Assembly: GCA_963675495.1 (NCBI GenBank)
Contig: OY776215.1
Span: 832,001 to 896,000 of the forward strand
Source: an uncultured Methanolobus sp.
Lineage (GTDB): Archaea; Halobacteriota; Methanosarcinia; Methanosarcinales; Methanosarcinaceae
Direction: 5' to 3'
Length of the DNA stretch: 64,000 bases
Of the stretch, positions 61,624-64,000 are shown one piece after another. Below the pieces are notes generated by a model. It saw nothing but the letters and a program-made list of their open reading frames with translations, did not search any database and was not told the origin of the DNA. Numbering within the stretch: position 1 is the first letter of the stretch; every line of letters begins with the position of its first letter. Made by a program: the position numbers and the translations under genes.

Positions 61624-62727
61624 TTAACACCATTTGCTGACGACTTCATTTACAGATGTATTTGTTAAAATCTGCTTGCTTTTTTCGATATGTGATGCAA
61701 CTGCATAATAAGGTAATACTTTAACAAAACGATGTTTTTCAAAAGGAACTTTAGAACCAGCTATTGCAATAATTGATTTGACCTTTGCTTCATCCTCAGC
61801 TAAATTGTAGTAAATTTTCCGAAGCGTACCTCTATATTTGTTGTTGTTTAAATAACGATATACAAGATAACTACTTCTCTGAATTTGGTCATAAGGAGTA
61901 TACGATCCATCGTTAAAGACAGATTGAACATATTGTTTACTCCAATTTTTTGTTTCGATTACGAACACTCCAGTAGGACCAACTACAAGATGATCAATTT
62001 GAGCAGATTTCAAGGGTGAGCCACTAAACTTTATGTAATCTTTCAGTTTGAGGTGCAAATCATTGAATAAATAATACTCATCAGAAAGCTCATGTAAATT
62101 TTGGATAACTTTTAGTTCTCCTAAAGCACCTTTATATGTATTTGATTTCTTTATCTCGTTTAAGTTATGAATTTGTGAAGTTAAATAGGATAATCTAGAT
62201 TCTACCTCTTCATCTGGATTACTTTCGAGATATTCATGTTTATGTTTCAATGATTTTAGTGATGAATATGAGTTTTCAAGCCGTTTGCTAATTTCACTTT
62301 CTGTATTAAGTTCTAGATAATACAATCTTTTAATAGAACGACGTAATTTCAGTTTACTGGAAAAGTATTTGAACAAGTGTTTTATGTCAAATTTAATTGA
62401 GTCCAACTCTTCTATTTCTTTTGTTAAATCGTTGGATTCTTCTTTTATATCCTCTACAATCCATGATTTTTTGAGTGGTATATCTTTTTCAGCAGCTTCT
62501 ATTTTTTCATGTAGTTCATCTATTTCTGCTTTTATTTGATCGTAGATTATTGGGGTTTTTTCATCATATTGTCTTTCAATATCTTTCAAAATCAAATCAA
62601 TTTCATTAATATCATTTATTGAAAAACCCATTTGTTTGGTAAAGTCGATTAAATCTTTTTCTGCACCTGAGACTCCGTATTGAATTACCACACTATATAC
62701 TCCACGATTTACTTGTAAATGCACCAA
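61624..62727 (-). CDS. Coiled-coil plus NERD nuclease-related domain protein
   Basis: GALGE..V, QIDHLVVGPTGVFVIETKNW, PYDQ. Confidence 0.85.
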   Translation of the reverse strand: MVHLQVNRGVYSVVIQYGVSGAEKDLIDFTKQMGFSINDINEIDLILKDIERQYDEKTPIIYDQIKAEIDELHEKIEAAEKDIPLKKSWIVEDIKEESNDLTKEIEELDSIKFDIKHLFKYFSSKLKLRRSIKRLYYLELNTESEISKRLENSYSSLKSLKHKHEYLESNPDEEVESRLSYLTSQIHNLNEIKKSNTYKGALGELKVIQNLHELSDEYYLFNDLHLKLKDYIKFSGSPLKSAQIDHLVVGPTGVFVIETKNWSKQYVQSVFNDGSYTPYDQIQRSSYLVYRYLNNNKYRGTLRKIYYNLAEDEAKVKSIIAIAGSKVPFEKHRFVKVLPYYAVASHIEKSKQILTNTSVNEVVSKWC

Positions 62728-62819
62728 TCATCTGTTAAAAGATAAGTTTATTGAAAATCTACCCATATAATTCTAAGAAATCTTTATTAGTTTATATCTT
62801 AATAAATTTTGTTATTTCT

Positions 62820-62894
62820 GTTGAGACATTTGCACGGAAGTCTTTTTTGAAACACATCCAGAATCTATCTACAACATTCTACTAACTTGTTCAC
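62820..62894 (-). pseudogene. Diverged fragment of the DUF1638 gene
   Basis: Aligns with 60410-60485 (GTTGAGACATT..CACGGAAGTCTTTTT..). Confidence 0.7.
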
Positions 62895-62908
62895 AGTCGA
62901 CCCTCATA

Positions 62909-62999
62909 GCCAATATGTGGATTGGAAGGTTTGAAGTGTTTACAATCTTAGCAAGAAGAATTTTGAGGGTGGTAAGCTATTTACTTTGAACTCTCATGT
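62909..62999 (+). repeat. 91-bp direct repeat, copy 2 (trkH fragment)
   Basis: 89/91 identical to 61464-61554. Confidence 0.9.
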
Positions 63000-63182
63000 G
63001 AAGGAGAGATTGGAAATGTTGGAATAAAGTAAAATATACACTCGTAACTATTGCTAATACAAAAAAAAAATCCTGTAGTGTAAGGTTTGTGACCCATGTT
63101 TATCCCATATTAAACTTTAATACCTAGATAATTTTCAGTCTACAATATGCTTACAAAAAATGTATAAACTAACTCTCGATCA

Positions 63183-63497
63183 CTATTGTGAGCAAGGGAT
63201 AGTTTCTATTATTGGCAGAAGTTTGACCTTATCTTCTGGTACAAACGTCAGTACATCTCCGATCACGGCTTTCATTTCAGAAGAATCCATCACAGCATTG
63301 AAGTCTGTACCAGCTTTGAATTCTACTATGCTGAATTGATAGAATGTTTCATCATCTAACTTTAAGATACTCGTATTTTCTACGATGTCACCAAAAGTCC
63401 TATTGAATAAACTCAAATGTTCCTGATATCGTGTATCAAATTTTTCTGTATCGTCTGGTATATTGTACACTACTACAAAACCTACTTTATCTGACAT
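63183..63497 (-). CDS. EthD-like (dimeric alpha/beta barrel) protein
   Basis: VVYNIPDDTEKFDTRYQEH...AVIGDVLTF; AGGAGG RBS before ATG 63497. Confidence 0.65.
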   Translation of the reverse strand: MSDKVGFVVVYNIPDDTEKFDTRYQEHLSLFNRTFGDIVENTSILKLDDETFYQFSIVEFKAGTDFNAVMDSSEMKAVIGDVLTFVPEDKVKLLPIIETIPCSQ

Positions 63498-63892
63498 TCC
63501 CACTGCCTCCTTAAAATGTCCATATAGTGGATTATTTTTCCACAAAATGTTATTGATTTAAAACTATAATATAATATCTAAAATAATTTGATGTGAAAGT
63601 AAACAGTGTTATCTCTTTTAAATATGTGAGGTGTAGAAATTACAAAGTGGAATAAAAAAATAGGTTGTGTGTTAAGCTTACAAAAGCGTTGCCATAATTA
63701 GATTTACCTATATCCCCTGATTCACATGAGATGAAATGGATTTGAAACTTTAATTCCCTTAATCACGTACCAGAACAAAAAATTAAAGATATATCCCACT
63801 TGTCACCCTTCAAATCGTTTAAAAATACATACATTGCCGAAGAAACCTTAAAGAACATTGTTGCTGTAAAACAGCGTATACGAGGCTTTCAA

Positions 63893-64000
63893 ATGGAACA
63901 TTGTCATTCAAAAGAAAAAAAACTTCAGAATCCCATCAGACCGGCCAAGATTACCGAGAACATGAGCGTTGACGAACTTGTGCATGCCATTGATGGCTGC
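63893..64000 (+). CDS. Probable deoxyhypusine synthase, N-terminus (3'-truncated by window)
   Basis: MEHCHSKEKKLQNPIRPAKITENMSVDELVHAIDGC resembles archaeal DHS N-termini; only 36 codons visible. Confidence 0.5.
   Translation, partial: MEHCHSKEKKLQNPIRPAKITENMSVDELVHAIDGC

Overview
Archaeal chromosome segment of a methylotrophic Methanosarcinaceae member (Methanolobus/Methanococcoides-like; inferred from mtaCB/mtaA/ram and gene order). Bases 1-21.6 kb are mostly core genes: alaX, a sensor kinase, serA, rpl18e-rpl13-rps9-rpoN-[decayed intron-containing tRNA-Pro]-rpoK-rps2-MEMO-mvk-ipk-fni-rnj-GGPP synthase, ppdK, gar1, tfb, trm5. A ~9.8 kb element is integrated at the 3' end of tRNA-Thr(CGT), bounded by a 17-bp att repeat (21624-21640 / 31460-31476). 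It carries a tyrosine integrase, a putative Rep that resembles the conserved betapleolipovirus/haloarchaeal-plasmid protein, a three-gene Lamassu (ABC-three-component) defence operon, a collagen-containing secreted fibre protein, hairpin-rich non-coding DNA and an unusual mirror-symmetric GGC/GCC ladder. The right half holds accessory genes (orphan EctA-like acetyltransferase, Cache-cupin lipoprotein, rubrerythrin), a DtxR-feoAB(C) locus, the methanol methyltransferase cluster, lhr-MPE, a permease-less SBP/GTPase/ABC-ATPase operon and a NERD gene between duplicated gene fragments. All family assignments come from motif recognition by eye; no database searches were run.
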